NCBI RefSeq assembly: GCF_964213995.1
Contig: NC_135830.1
Location: 11,098,001-11,162,000 of the forward strand
Length of the DNA: 64,000 nucleotides
Direction: 5' to 3'
From: Mustelus asterias
Taxonomy: Eukaryota
The position numbers and the translations under genes were made by a program. Under the pieces are notes generated by a model. It was not told the DNA's origin. It did no database searches and was given only the letters and a program-made list of their open reading frames with translations. Shown here in pieces: positions 36,709-50,708 of the stretch (position 1 is its first letter; each line of letters starts with the position of its first letter).

Positions 36709-37153
36709 GGTTTTTGTCCGGGGTTCGCTATATCTCTGCACTAGAAATATACGGTACTGTCAGAGAGAAGTGTTCCGGCGAAACTTAATAGGACCGTTTT
36801 GCTTCTATTGTGCAAAGCAGCAGAACATCTCTCTGGAGAATCTTCAACTATGGCTCCTGTGCTATATATCGTCAATAAATAAATCGGAGCTTCCCCGTGA
36901 GACTGGATGTACCAGAACAGAGTCGGAACACCAGCTATCGAGTAACTGCAGTCCAGTGTTCTGGTTTGTCCTTCCTGAACCGTTAATTCAGCGGGATCTT
37001 GGGACACTTCATCTTTGCCATTGGTTCCTGCAACAAATTACAGAATCTCTCAAATATCTGGGGGAGAACGCTGGGAACAGACAGTGACTATTTAAACACA
37101 GACTCACCGGGCAGGAAAACCAACAGTATTAGTAAAGAAAATTGGGAGAACAT
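36709..37153 (-). pseudogene. TRAV/TRDV-like pseudogene lacking C104 and the RSS heptamer
   Basis: Intact leader 37153-37108 (MFSQFSLLILLVFLP) and open V to DSTVYF*. About 19 nt deleted relative to the paralog; nonamer ACAAAAACC kept at 36717-36709. Confidence 0.9.
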
Positions 37154-38204
37154 GCTTCCTGCTCAAGAATTCCACAATGTCATCAGAATTGTTAAATTAT
37201 GTCAACTCTTCTACTCTGATGTGAAGAAGTAATTTTATATCATGGGCAGTCCTCATTTATTGGGAGACTAAGAGGCGTTACCCAATGACAGGAGTGGCTT
37301 GTTGCTCAGTGTTGTCAAAAATTGGCCACCGAACAACATTGGTTGTAGCCCAATAACTTTATCTGACTGTTTCTCTGTCTGCTCCTGCCTGTCTTTCTCT
37401 GAGCTTCCGGTTCTCTGTTTGCCTCGGTGTCCATTCCGCATTCTCAATATTTTGAGCACTACTGGGCGTCCCCTCTCTGTGTGTCTCAGAGACCCTCTTT
37501 CCCTCAATCGTTTTCCAGGAAAGGGCAGAATGTAGAACATGCAATTTCTCCCAGTCTCCCATTTCAAAAAAATTCCCCAAGCCCCATTAGGGGACAGCTG
37601 GTATGTTAGCTGAAATATCATAACGAAAACTCTGAGGAAAGTTTAAAATTGAAGCAGGTGCACTGAAATCCAACAGTCTGCCTGATAAATGTGAGGTAGG
37701 ACTCAAATTTACATCCTTTCGATGTGTGGAAAGAACTTTATTGAGAGTTCGAATCTTATCAGTATTGCTGTGGTTTCAAATTTTGTAACAAGAATATAGT
37801 TCAACAGAAGGGCCTGGAATATTCAAAACAGCTAAAGCAATTCATTGATGAGGATTCAGACTGAAGTTCGTATTAGTTCCGTGCATGGCTCCACCTGAAT
37901 TTAAGTATATTGTAATTAGAATCATGAGAACAAGAAAAAATACAGCAGCAAAATCCTGCAACAAGATCCTTCAGTAACCTGAGAATTCACTGATCTCCCA
38001 GAAGAGGCCATTTACCTCACATCACCACCAGAGGACGATCCCTCAAAGTGTTTTTGTGGTCACTGCTTCAGGAGAGGGTTCCAGAACAAATCGATATATT
38101 AGGGAGCCATAATCCAAGAGAACAGGATGAATTATTGAATTGCACAGTTAAGTGACAGAGAGCAATAATGTAGAAGAACTGCTTTAATTGTTGGAATACA
38201 CAAT

Positions 38205-38385
38205 GATATGTTACAGAGCAGAAATCTAGGAGAACTGGATTGCTTGTTGGATTACACATGATGTGTCAAAGAGCAGTAATCCAGGAGAACTGGATTAATT
38301 GTTAGATTGCAGACTGATATGTTACAGAACAGTAATCAAGCAGAACTGGATTAATTGTTAGAATACACTAATATTGACAGAACAG
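38205..38385. repeat. ~55-bp tandem repeat (ATGTTACAGAGCAGTAATCCAGGAGAACTGGATT core), 3-4 units
   Basis: Visible units; a single reverse-complement unit lies at about 17050-17105. Confidence 0.7.
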
Positions 38386-39995
38386 ATATGGATGCTAAAT
38401 TTGCAGACAACACAAAGCTAGGTAGGAAAATAAATGGTGAAGTGCATGTAAGGAGACGATAAAGGGACATAAATAGGTTAAATTAATTGGCAAAGCCCCG
38501 CCAAATTGAGTATAATGTGGTCAAATGTGAAAACGTCCATTTTGGCAGGATGAATATAAAATACACTTAATATTTAAATGGTGAAAGATTACAAAATTCT
38601 GAGGTATTTTAGTATAGAGAGAAGACCAGCTTCTGACAATCAAATGCATCCGTGTAATACTGCACACAGGTCCTAAACTCCAGACACACTGAGTTAAATG
38701 TCAGAGTGTCAAAATACAAACTGTGATCAGCTAAAAGTCTTCTTTTTAGTGGAAGCAATATCACTTCTAAGCCAAATGGTAATGTGTTCAACTCCCATAA
38801 CAGATGCCTCAATTCATGATTCAACCTTTGGTCCTGTGCTCAAGGAGAGTGGTTCCATTTTAGATGTGATGATATTCCCAGAGGTAGTATAGCATATAGT
38901 ATAGTATATCATTACTAAGCTCGTAATCCAGAAGCTTGAAACAATGCTCTGGAGACAGGAGTTCAAATCCAACCGGGTAGCTCGGGAATTTCAGTTCAAT
39001 TCATTGAAAAAGCTGAAACAAAAATCATTCTGCAATTAATATGAATGATAAAGGTACCAACATTTCATCAAAGCTCACCTTGTTCACTAATGTCCTTCAG
39101 GAGCGGGAACCTTCCATCTTCCAGAGAAAATATATAAAATTGCCAAAAAAGTAGCAAGCCTGAGGATTGGGAGCCTTTTAGAATTCAACAAAAGATGACA
39201 CAACATAATTGAGGGGGGAAATAGAGTATGAGAGTAAAATTGTAGGAAACATAGAAACTGACTACATATCTGAGGAGGAAATGATCAGTAAAGACTAATG
39301 TTGGTACCTGGCAGAAGCAAGGGTAATTATAATTACAAAGAAGTGGCGGAAGAATAGAACACCCAGACTTTGGTTCAGTGTTCACAAATGAGGACAATAA
39401 TAACCTCCCAGAAGTGATAAAACACGAAGGGTCTGTCGTAGGTAAAGATACCTTTCAGTCTATTCGTAGGTCAAAATACATTGGTTTATTTTCACAATTG
39501 TGGGAGATTCGTCCGATGTCTAACACGGCCTCATTCCTTCTCAGCAAATACAGGTTAAGATATATTTATACCCCCCCCCCCCCCCCCGTCACGTTCAGTT
39601 TCCCAGGCCTCACTGGTTCCCCGGCTGTGGCTTGTCTTCCATCGTGTGAATCTTGCTGCCTTGGTGGTTTCGTGTCAAGGCCATGACTGTTGTTCTCTGA
39701 ACACAGGTGGGGTACCATACAAACGTACAAGGTTACAGTCTCGTACAAACAAGTTAACTGGCTTATAGCAATTTATATATATTCGTAGGTGCTTGTATAA
39801 TATCTATATCGATACAGTTTACGATGAGTATATATGAATGCATCATTATACGATCACAGAAGGCCCTACTGTTACACAGCAATACATAACTAAAGAATAC
39901 AAAATGGCGGGGTTAGCCGCATTCCGGAACAGATTAGCCGTCACAACATATTCCTGTATACCACAGCTGCTACCTTTATCTGCTCATGGATACAA

Positions 39996-40720
39996 AGAAC
40001 AACAAAGAACAAAGAACAAAGAACAGTACAGCACAGGAAACAGGCCCTTCGGCCCTCCAAGCCTGTGCCGCTCCTTGGTCCAACTAGACCAATGGTTTGT
40101 ATCCCTCCATTCCCAGGCTGCTCATGTGACTATCCAGGTAAGTCTTAAACGATGTCAGCGTGCCTGCCTCCACCACCCTACTTGGCAGCGCATTCCAGGC
40201 CCCCACCACCCTCTGTGTAAAAAACGTCCCTCTGATATCTGAGTCATACTTCGCCCCTCTCACCTTGAGCCCGTGACCTCTCGTGATCGTCACCTCCGAC
40301 CTGGGAAAAAGCTTCCCACCGTTCACCCTATCTATACCCTTCATAATCTTGTACACCTCTATTAGATCTCCCCTCATTCTCCGTCTTTCCAAGGAGAACA
40401 ACCCCAGTCTACCCAATCTCTCCTCATAGCTAAGACCCTCCATACCAGGCAACATCCTGGTAAACCTTCTCTGCACTCTCTCTAACGCCTCCACGTCCTT
40501 CTGGTAGTGCGGCGACCAGAACTGGACGCAGTACTCTAAATGTGGCCTAACCAGCGTTCTATACAGCTGCATCATCAGACTCCAGCTTTTATACTCTATA
40601 CCCCGTCCTTTAAAGGCAAGCATACCATATGCCTTCTTCACCACCTTCTCCACCTGTGTTGCCACCTTCAAGGATTTGTGGACTTGCACACCTAGGTCCC
40701 TCTGTGCTTCTATACTCCTG
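39996..40720 (-). mobile_element. young CR1 LINE 3' fragment
   Basis: ORF 40084-40779; (TGTTCTT)n tail. Confidence 0.93.
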
Positions 40721-40849
40721 ATACATGAGCATGAAAACACCCTAACGTAAACATGAGTTCTACAGTGTTTCTCACACAATTCCGAAATAGCACAGAATTC
40801 ACTTTGTCACTTTGAGTATTAGAATTCATTAACCCATTCCCGTCTTCAG

Positions 40850-41315
40850 GTCTAATGGGACTGCGGAACTGAAGGAAATCAGTATGAATAAGAAAATCGT
40901 GCTGGGGGAATGAATGGAGTTAAAGGTTGACGAATCACTAGGGCCTCATAATCTACATCCCACAGTAATAAAGGAAGTGGCCCTGGAAATGATGGATGCA
41001 TTGATGATCCTCTTCCAAAGTTCTATCGACTCAGGAATAGTTCATACAGATTGGAGGATGGAAAATGTAAACTCACTATTTAAAAAGGGACGGATGGAAA
41101 AAAATGGGAATTATAGACCAGTTAGCCTGACATTCGTCGCCGGGAAGGTGTTCGAGTCTATTATAAGGAAAAACGTGATAACTAACTATTTATTAAGCGT
41201 CAATGGGATTTGACAATGCAAGCATGGACCTACGAAAGGCATATCATGTTTTACTAAATCTACGGTCGTTTTTTGAGGATATAAATAGTAGAATAGATAA
41301 AGGAGGACCAGTGGT
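40850..41315 (+). mobile_element. degenerate CR1 internal fragment
   Basis: LKVDESLGP...GNYRPVSLT. Confidence 0.8.
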
Positions 41316-42884
41316 TAAGGCAATTAACTCATCTAGGGAATGTATCTGTAAAACTAATAAACCGAACTAAAATACCTCGGACGTTTTGAACTGTTTACAC
41401 TGTTCTGAGTTCCAATGGTGAAGATCAAAATTCACTGTAAACTGTTACAGAAAACGACAGATTATTTATTACCAGGCTCAGGAGAAACTGGACATTCTTT
41501 TGACTTTCTGCAAAAGAGAAGATTGACGGTCGACTTCTTAGAAGTCAGATACATTGCCGCTGTTTAGACAGGGATTTGCGATGATATTTTCAGTCAGTTT
41601 CATGGTTGTATTTGCTTACGCTGCATCAAAACATGATTCTCTTACAGATGGATAAAGAGGTTATGCGCATCAAGAAGTAATTCCTCAGATCGTTGTTTTG
41701 TATTTTTTGAACCAGATCATTTTTTTAAAAATTCCTAAGATGACAACAACGATTACTGTTCAGAGATACTGCATTCTGTTTAAAACGTTCAGTTGTGTCC
41801 TGGTGTCTGGATCGGGGACTGTTCAAAGATGAGTATTTTTAAAAATATTCGTTTTGCCTGCCAACATAAATTACAAATCGTATGGTCTTGTGAAGTTAAT
41901 CTGTTTCTTCCAAGTTCAATCCCCGCTGATATTTTTTACTGTGCATCGGCCTTGGTCTCTCACTCTTGCAGTGATTCTTAAACTGCCTCTATCTCAATAC
42001 ATTTTTGTTGTCTATGTGTTCTGTCCGCTCTCATTCTGGGTGCTGCAGCTAACTCTGTGGGACACGTGCTTGATGTGGATTTCCAGTGGCAGGAGTAATA
42101 TTGCTGGAGTTGCTGAATGGACCAACCCTTTAGAGACCTGTGGGTGCACATCAATTCTATGAAGACATCACACAGAAAATTGACTTGGTTGAGGAGTTAT
42201 TCTTCCAATTATGGATGCAATCTTAATGAACAGTAATGCAACTCTGAAATCAGGCAACGAGAGGGCAGTTAACTTGACAAAAATATCGTGAAAGTGACAG
42301 GGCGCCTTACTGAGGAAGTATCAACATTGCACTTTGCAATCAGAAAAAAAATAGTCAACCTGGCATTCCAAAGGGTTTTATTCTGCTTCTTAATTACCAA
42401 TATATCAGCATGGGAAGAGGACAAGTTATTTAGAACAAGCACAAATAAGTAATGTTACATCTTCAAGTTGGAAGGCTATGAACGGCTATTTTAATGACTT
42501 ACACAAAGAGGCAGAGTAAATGTTTGCATTCTTCTGATGTTGTCAGGCGAGGTGAACTGTAAGCCGTAAGAAAGGACCGAGAGTCTGCAAGGAAACATAG
42601 GCAGGATAACTGAGTGACAAACGAGGTGGCACCTGGAGTACTATGAGCGTAAGTATCAGGTTATTCTGTTCCGCCTTACTCATATAAAATCAAATATTTT
42701 TAAAGACCGTGAAGCATCAAAACATTGATACTTGGAGAGACTTGCACATGATTTCAAAAGTAACACGAAAAAAGACTTGTAGTACTGCTTACGGATTATG
42801 GCTGTTCGGATACCCACTTGAATGTTGTGGGGCGAATGGAACTAAGGTATATTTATTAGCCACAAGTAGTCTTACATTAATACT

Positions 42885-43146
42885 GCAATGAAGTTATTGT
42901 GAAAATGCCCTAGTCGCCACACGCCAGCACCTGTTTGTATACACAGGGAGAATTTCGCATGGCCAATTCACCTAACCTGCACATCTTTGGACCGTGGGAG
43001 GAAACCGGAGCCCCGGAGGAAACGCAGGCAGACACAGGGAGAATGTGCAAACTCCACACAGACATTGATCCAAGTTGTGAATCGAACATGGATCCCTGGC
43101 GCTGTGAGGTAGCAGTGCTGCGCACGGTGCCAATGTGCCACCCCAA
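42885..43146 (-). mobile_element. tRNA-derived SINE (HE1-like)
   Basis: Minus strand GGCAC..TGGCAC..AGCACTGCT.CCTCACAGCGCCAGGGA head and TGTGTGGAGTTTGCACATTCTCCC core. Confidence 0.8.
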
Positions 43147-45029
43147 CTGTTGGTGGTGGGGGGAATCAGTGTTCCTTTATCATCACTTATACCACATACC
43201 GAGACAAAACCATCGCTATTCAATAGAAACATGATGTTGAAATTAATGCACTCATCGCAGGCTATGCCTGGTATGTTCTAATTGCGTAGGAGGTAAGTGA
43301 CGAGTGAAGAAATTGAGTATTCTTCCTGAACAACCAATTTAACACGAAGCTTAGTCAAATATAAGAATGTTATTTGGGTTTCAGCACATTCCAAATAGTC
43401 AAACAAAATAAACATGTTCCATAAACTGTCCGTTCAAGTTCACATTAAATAAAACTTCATACCTCACTTAATTTTTTTCCTTGACGTATTTTTCAACACT
43501 ATTTTCCAGTTGGACTCTCTCCTTTACGTATGGACACCGATGTCTCATTGGGCAGTACAGTTCCTTAGAACTACTAGGATGGATTGAACCAGCAAATGGC
43601 TCCTTGTCGTGTTGGTGCTTCAGTGAGCATGTAGACCAGACGAATTCCATCCTGCAAAGAGAGAGATGAGAGCCAGCTTGTATCTGCCAGTTTCAAGTTG
43701 AGTTTGTAAACATATAAAATAATGTTTATAAACAGATAAAAGAATTGTTTTAAAAAATGCTAGAGGGAAAGAAAACAGTCCTTGAATTGCTGTTTTAGAG
43801 TTATGTGCTAAAATGTAGAGTACATACAGACTCCAGGTTGCAACATTTGTTTGAAAGGGACCAAACATCAGGTTTGACTTAGTAACAGGCCCCACAAGTT
43901 TTTGCATTTTGTTAAGATTTGAGTTAAAGAAGACATTCAGCTCAGCCTATAAGTTTAAAGTAAACACTCAGCTGAAGGGAACCTATCAGCTTTGATTTTG
44001 TTGTTGTTGTCAGCATCAAACCAATCGTGGTGCAAGAAAATTGCGAGGTCATGGCAGGTAAAAAGGGCCAGAGGAGCAGCCATCTCCAGATAATATCTTG
44101 GGTGAACATATCTAGAGGCCAGAGCAGCCTGTTAAAAAAAAAAACCATTTGTCTATGGAGCAGTTCTCCATCCCTGCCAGTTTAAAAATCGCTTAAGAAA
44201 ACTATCTAACAGAAGGATACGGGGTTAGAAAGACCTTACAGACAGCGCACAACTACTGAAGAACTCCTAAATCTGAGAATCCCATCAAGCCTGGTTGTAT
44301 AATTTATTTGAGAGTGACGAAAATTCCGTTATCGCTGTTTTGGTAATGAATGTTCCTCGTATTATTTGAACAGCATTTCAGTCGAACCGTACCTTAATTA
44401 ACATGTTAATTGTTTACTTAAAGTTCTTGGTTATTTCAATAAAATAGCTTGTTAATTATTCACTCAAAGTGATTGACAGACATTTGTCTTATTAATAAGA
44501 CTCGGAACGTTAAGTAAAAGGAGTTAGCAGCGTCACAAACAGTTTTTCCAGATTACGATGTGAGATAAAGGGGATTAACCTCTGTGTCATGACAGTCTGG
44601 TAATTTACTGAATAACAGCAAGACTGGCAAAGTTTGGACAATATTTCACTGTTACAGAAGGGCACAAAGTAAATTTTTGTCTGGAACACAAGCAGAAACA
44701 GGAATAGCGGGAGTCCATTTGGCTCGGGGGGCTCTCAAACATCCACACTTTCAATTGGCAGGTAAGTTTCCTGAACAAGTTTACTACAGAAATAACACAG
44801 GAGTTTAAATTCAGGGCTTTCGCTGCCTGGATTTAAATTAAATTCCCTGTCTCGATATTGTGCTAATTGTTGTAACTCACACTCAGTTACTGCTTTAAGA
44901 AAATTCATAATGAGACTCGGAACCTTAACTCTCTGCTTCACATTTGCTGCAAGACCTGCTGACAAATTCCAGCACTTTCTGTTTTTATTTTAGCATGAAT
45001 TACTAGCTTGATCATACAGATGAACACAA

Positions 45030-45790
45030 TAAATAGGAGCAGGAGTAAACCACTCGGTCCATCGAGCCTGTTCCGACATTCAATACCGTTATGGCTGATC
45101 TTGGAGTGCAATTCAGTTTTCCACCAGCTCCCCATGTCCCTGAATTCCCCGAGAGACCAGAAACCTGTGTATCCCAAACTTGAATGTATTTGATGATGGA
45201 GCTTCCATAACTGTCTGGCACAGAGAATTCCAAAGATTCACAACCATTTCAATAAAGTAATTTCTCCTTATCTTAGGCCTAAATGATCAGCCCACTTTCC
45301 TGAGACTGTACTGCCGTGGGTTAGATTTCCCGACGAGCAGAAGAAATTTCTTAGCCTCCACCCTATCAAACCCAATCAGACTTGTGTAGGTTTAATGAAA
45401 TCACATCTCATTCTTCCAAACTCCAGAGACTTTCGGCCCAATTTACTCAGCCTCCCATCACCCGACAAATCCCTCATCCCAGGGATCATCTGCTGAACCT
45501 TATCTGCACCGTTTCCAATGGAAACATATCCTTTATTAAATGTGAATATCATATCTGTGCAGAATATTCAACATATGGTCTCAACAAAACCCTGTGCAAC
45601 TGCAGCAACACCTCGTTATTCTTGGACTCCAGTCTGCCGTCAATAAAGACCAAAATACAATTTTCCTTCCAATCATTACCTGCAACGACATGCTAGCTTT
45701 ATGCATTCCTTGTACAAACGCATCTATTCTATTCTCAATATCGACACCTACCTTTTTCAGCTCTGCAAATATGTCTTGTTCTTATTATTT
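45030..45790 (-). mobile_element. degenerate CR1 LINE
   Basis: AGGAGCAGGAGTA...GAGCCTGTTCC 3' UTR and decayed C-terminal coding sequence. Confidence 0.75.
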
Positions 45791-45922
45791 TTTTACGAAG
45801 AAGGAAATACCTATTTGTTTTCCAAAGTTACACCCGATCTGGACCGACGCTCATCAAATGTCTCTAATTCATTTCCCAGCCCCTTTCCCACAGCTTATTT
45901 CTATCAGCTAAATTTTACTTAT

Positions 45923-45995
45923 AGGCTCTAGCGAGAATTGAACTCGCGACCCCTGGTTTACAAAACCAGTGCTATAACCACTGAGCTATGGAGCC
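45923..45995 (-). tRNA. tRNA-Thr(TGT), divergent/possibly pseudogene
   Basis: GGCTCCATAGCTCAGTGGTTATAGCACTGGTTTTGTAAACCAGGGGTCGCGAGTTCAATTCTCGCTAGAGCCT; single mismatches in the acceptor and D stems. Confidence 0.8.
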
Positions 45996-48109
45996 AAATA
46001 CTGCGACGAGCTTCTAGTAAGCGCAGTATTATCAGTGGATTGAGGACCAGGATGGGGTTTGAGGTCGGAGATTTTTGATGAATGTGGAAATGTCTGAGGT
46101 GGAGAGCAGGAAGTTAAAAGACACAACTTGAAAGTGAAATGATCTGATATGTGTATTGTGTATGTACTTGACATGTATGTTGTGTGTGTCATGTGTCTCT
46201 TCTTCAGAGTTTATTGTTAATGTTACATCTCTGACTTTTCCAGCTCTGATACAAGTTCACCCAACTGGAAGATTAAGCTTGTTGCTCCCTTCACAGAAGC
46301 TATGAGGCGTGTTTTTATTAAATGAAGAAATGAACGAAAATTTATTCACTCCGTGACTGGGATTCGAAACCGCGTCACGCCGCCGACGCTGATCACTGGA
46401 CCATCAGTGACGCTGATGTGAGAGATTTGCAATGGGTTGATCATCTCTGCACCCATTGCTTCATTTCCAATAACTTTCAATAAACAAATGTCACAATGAG
46501 GAATGACGGGAAGCGCTCATGACAGGATTTGAACCTCACCTGGAAAATCCCAATATCTTCCCTGGGCCGGGACTGCAGTCTCAATGTTGGCAATCCTGTT
46601 GTTTAAATCGGAAGATCGTCATTCGGCCTGTGCTACCGTTTGTATTCTCTATCGGAGCAACTCCACTCCTCCCAGCTTTGACAGAGAGTCATCTGGACTC
46701 GAAATGTCAGCTCTCTTCGCTCCTTACAGATGCTGCCAGACCTGGTGAGATTTTCCAGCATTGTGTCTTTTGTTTCCGATTCCGAAGTCCACAATAATTT
46801 TCTCCATTCCTTCCGCACACGTTCCTTTACCTCAACAACTGTTTACATTGGTATGTCGCTCCTCTTTGTTCATGCCAAAAACGACACGGCACAACCTTAC
46901 ATCACCATCTCTATTGTCAGCGCTTTGCGGCCGATCACTGCCTTTCTGCTTCTGTATTTGTTCTTGACCCTGTTGCACATGTGACATTTCTAGCTGTGGT
47001 GTCGACATGCAAAACTCACTCGGCTGATATTAGTGGATTTACTTTCGATCAGATAGTGAATCAGGTTATTTGTTAATAGTTTGCTGAGAGCGATAAATAA
47101 TCGTTTCCTGAGCGGGAATTGAGACCAAACAACACTGGAGAATACTGAACATAACCCATTGGACACCCAGGGTCACGAGTGAACTGTGTTTTTCAAAATC
47201 ACTTGACATATATCCCTTAATATGTCCAGTTTGGATGGAACATTCGTGACTACTTCCGCTAATGACAACACCGATTGTGCTTGCTGGGAATTGAAAATGA
47301 CAGTGAGGAGGAATAGTCCCACAAGATGCTGAAGTGATTGCGGTTTACAAAATTCTAAATAGGATTGAAAAGAGTAAACGTAGAGATTTTTTCTTCTTAC
47401 TCGCAATCGAGAACAGCATGTCAAATGTATAGATTGAGAGATGGTATATTTCAAACTGAGATGAGGAGCAACTGCTTCTTACAGGTGGTCGTGAATTTGT
47501 GGAATGCATTGCCCCATAGCGCGGTTGAGTCTGAATCATTAAATGATTTCAAGAAAGAGACCGATATATTCCTGATAATAAAAGGGATGAGGGGATATTG
47601 GAACAGAGAGGGAGGTGGATTTGAGAACAGGGAGAGATCAGTCATGAACTGATTGCATGACGGTTCAGGCTCGAAGGGGTGAATTTGCCCACTTCTGCTC
47701 CTAATTCTATGTTCCTAAGTGTAACTTTCAATTTTCAAAACCCATCAACTCATCACTGTGGCTCCAATGGTATCTACGTACATTGCATCCACAGGTTCCC
47801 CTTCATCCACAACACAACGGAGTCCTGTAAGGGACTTAGGAATGGCCCCATTACTTTAAAATTCTTTGTTTCCCTCATTTAATCTCTTCTGATTTCCACC
47901 CGGCCAGAGGCCTCCCCTCTTGTTATGCTGCTGGATAACACTTGTTTAAAACCTCCTACATTTCTAACAATTCCCAGTTATTCCCAACGAAAGGTTATGG
48001 AGCTAAAATATGAGATTTGTTTTCCTGACTTTCTGAGTTTTTCCAGCATTTTCACCTTTCACTGCAGAAGTCTGAGCAGCTTTGAATGGTGAATAACTTC
48101 ACCAGCAGC

Positions 48110-48201
48110 GGCTCGTTGGACGAGGGGTATGATTCGGGCCCAGGGTGTCAACATCCACAAACTTGCAAGCGATCTCGGGTTCACATGCCGGGCTAGAGCC
48201 C
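48110..48201 (+). pseudogene. intron-containing tRNA-Pro(AGG) pseudogene
   Basis: Decayed Pro exons with an 18-nt insert TGTCAACATCCACAAACT after AGG-G. Confidence 0.75.
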
Positions 48202-49038
48202 TCATTCTGCTGTTGTTTCGTATTGGACAAGTCATAGGTTTTATATATGTATTTTTAGTGCAAACGGTGGGATTGGTTTACGTGGGATTTGGTTTGAGAA
48301 CCTGAACACACAGTGCAGGCAATCTATCAACACAACACTCACACAAGAAAATCATGACATTAAAAGGTTAATATGCTTATGGTCATTCACTTTATTTCTG
48401 TTCACCAGTTTAGAGGACCCCATGTTAGTTGGTTCAGACAGCTGGCTGTGTGTATATTGTTATTCATACGTGGATTGTGGATGTGTACCCCACTCGCTAT
48501 TTCTGCTTTCATTGTCTCTATATATCTCCCGCAGACGCTGTCAGTCTCTCTGACTGATTTTATGACGTTGACCTCTTTTGCTCCTTGCTCTCTCCATTCT
48601 TTCGCTGTCTGTGTGTAACCAAGGTTCACTGGATTCATTTCTGCGTTTCTCCTGGGAGGAGAGATTCAGTGGGATGAGTATGTTTGCTCTGGAGTTTAGA
48701 TTAATCAGAGGTGATCTTATTTAAAAGCATGAAACTGGGAAACAGTTTGACAGTGTAAATGTTGAGAGGCTGTTCCCCCCAACCCTGGCGAAATTATTAA
48801 GAACAGAAACACAGGGTGGATGATGTAAGAGGAGTTTGGAATGTTTGGGAGAGGTGAAGCTTGGAATTGGAAGATGGGAATGATGCAATTGATGATTGAG
48901 AAGGATGGATAGGAACCTTGGGAATTATGTAGGTCGATTCATTGTAAACTTTGAAATCAGAACAAGCTGAGACACCAGATGAAAAAGCCATATTTGGCTC
49001 TATGCATTTTAGGTTATGGAAAGCAAGTTCGCCCATGT

Positions 49039-49103
49039 GCCCGGCCAGCTCAGTCGGTAGAGCATGCGACTCTTAATCGTGGGTTCGAGCCCCACGTTGG
49101 GCG
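49039..49103 (+). pseudogene. tRNA-Lys(CTT) pseudogene (about 8-nt deletion 3' of the anticodon)
   Basis: GCCCGGCCAGCTCAGTCGGTAGAGCATGCGACTCTTAATCGTGGGTTCGAGCCCCACGTTGGGCG. Confidence 0.85.
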
Positions 49104-50577
49104 TTGCTGTTTTAAAATTTGTCCCATTCCTGGGTGAATTCTGTTTCTCCAGAAGTGTCACCGCTCAAACTGAGTCTTTCTCGTTTCTACTTTGTTTATC
49201 TCACAGTTGCGGCTTTCTGACTGAAAACTGCCTCCGGTTCACTGGAAGGCGGTGTATTCAGCACTGAACTGAGCGAGAGGTTTTGTTCTCATTTATTATG
49301 AGATTTAAACACAGATCTGCGAGATTGTGTCAGTGGGAACAATAATCATCTCCATTGTAATTCAATCACTCCAGCCTTCCATCCTATCAAAAGACCGTTT
49401 GTTCTTTCCTCCTCTCCCTCTCTATTTTCCATGACTCTGTACTCGTTTGTAAACCATTAAATCACTAATTTGTTCCAGTTAGGGTCAAAGGTCAGCAACC
49501 TGAATCATTCACTCTCTTTCCCTCTCCACAGAAGCTGCTGAAGCTGATGAGTGCTTCCAACATTTTCTGTTTTGAGGTGGGATTTGCAGCAATTACAATT
49601 CCTAGTTTTGGATCACAGTGGATCACTTTTCTCTGACTGAACCTTACCTGTTTAAATAGTTAAAGGGCTGAGGTTTTAAATAATAAGACACCAGAATATG
49701 TCACCCTGTTTGACATGAAATTAAACAAAATGAGAATTAATCATTTCATAAAATGCTGCTAATGCAATGTATATTTCATTGTCAATGCCAGCATTTGTTG
49801 TCCATCCCTATTTCCCACTGAACTGAGCATTTTGTTCGGCCATTTCAGAGGGCAGTTAAGAGTCAATCACATTGCCTTGCGTTTGCAGTCCAATGGATAC
49901 CAGAAAGGGGAAGGATGGCAGATTTCCTTCTGCAAAAGATCCACATGAGTTTTCATGACAATCAGAAAATAAAGCTTCATTACTGAGACTAGCTTTCACT
50001 TCCGTTTCAGTTCTAGACTGTGGTGGGATCGTGACCTGTGAGCCTGAGCCATGGGATTCATACTCCACTGATGTTACCACTATGCCACCATCTTCCCAGA
50101 AGGGTATAAGTGTAAATCCTTCACATGGAATCAAAACGCTTAATTTCACATTGAAAACAAAGATTTAAAGCAATGTAGTGTGGAAATCAATGTCAGATAC
50201 TCAGGATACCGGGGAATTGATGAGATATCTATTACTTTCATTCAAAGACAGAAAAATGTGGTGAATCCTCAGCGTGAGTGATGAAGGAGCTGCGCTCCGA
50301 AAGCTCGTGATTCCAAATAAACCTGTTGCACTTTACCCTGATGTTGTGAGAATTCATAACGGGTACTGAAGGTCATTTCATTTACAATTCGCAATGGATG
50401 ATTTTGATAAAATTAACAACTTTCAGCAAATCGCACCGCAATCACATTGGGGATGATGCAGTGTGTTACTCTCCTGGCCTCATTGCACAAGCTCCAGAGG
50501 ATGATTGCTCAAGAACACAAACAGTTGAGCGATAAAGAGGTCGACGGCTTCATTGATCAGTGATTACCCGAGGGTAC

Positions 50578-50678
50578 GACACACACACAGACACGCACGC
50601 AAACGCACACGGACACACACGCACACACAGACACGCACGCACGCATGCACGCACAGACAGACGCACGCACGCACACAC
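50578..50678. repeat. (CA)/(CACG) microsatellite
   Basis: Directly visible. Confidence 0.9.
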
Positions 50679-50708
50679 TTGCTCAAGAATGCTCTAGCCA
50701 TCTCAATT

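Noticed and set aside
1-37200. D, J or C segments of the TCR locus
   Set aside because: No FGxG/WGxG J motif with an upstream RSS, free D segment or C-domain exon was seen in the window.
22708-38385. Short tandem repeats as CRISPR-like arrays
   Set aside because: Eukaryotic context, degenerate units with no unique spacers, and no cas genes.
43900-44595. Possible solo LTR (TG...AATAAA...CA)
   Set aside because: No target-site duplication or second copy visible.
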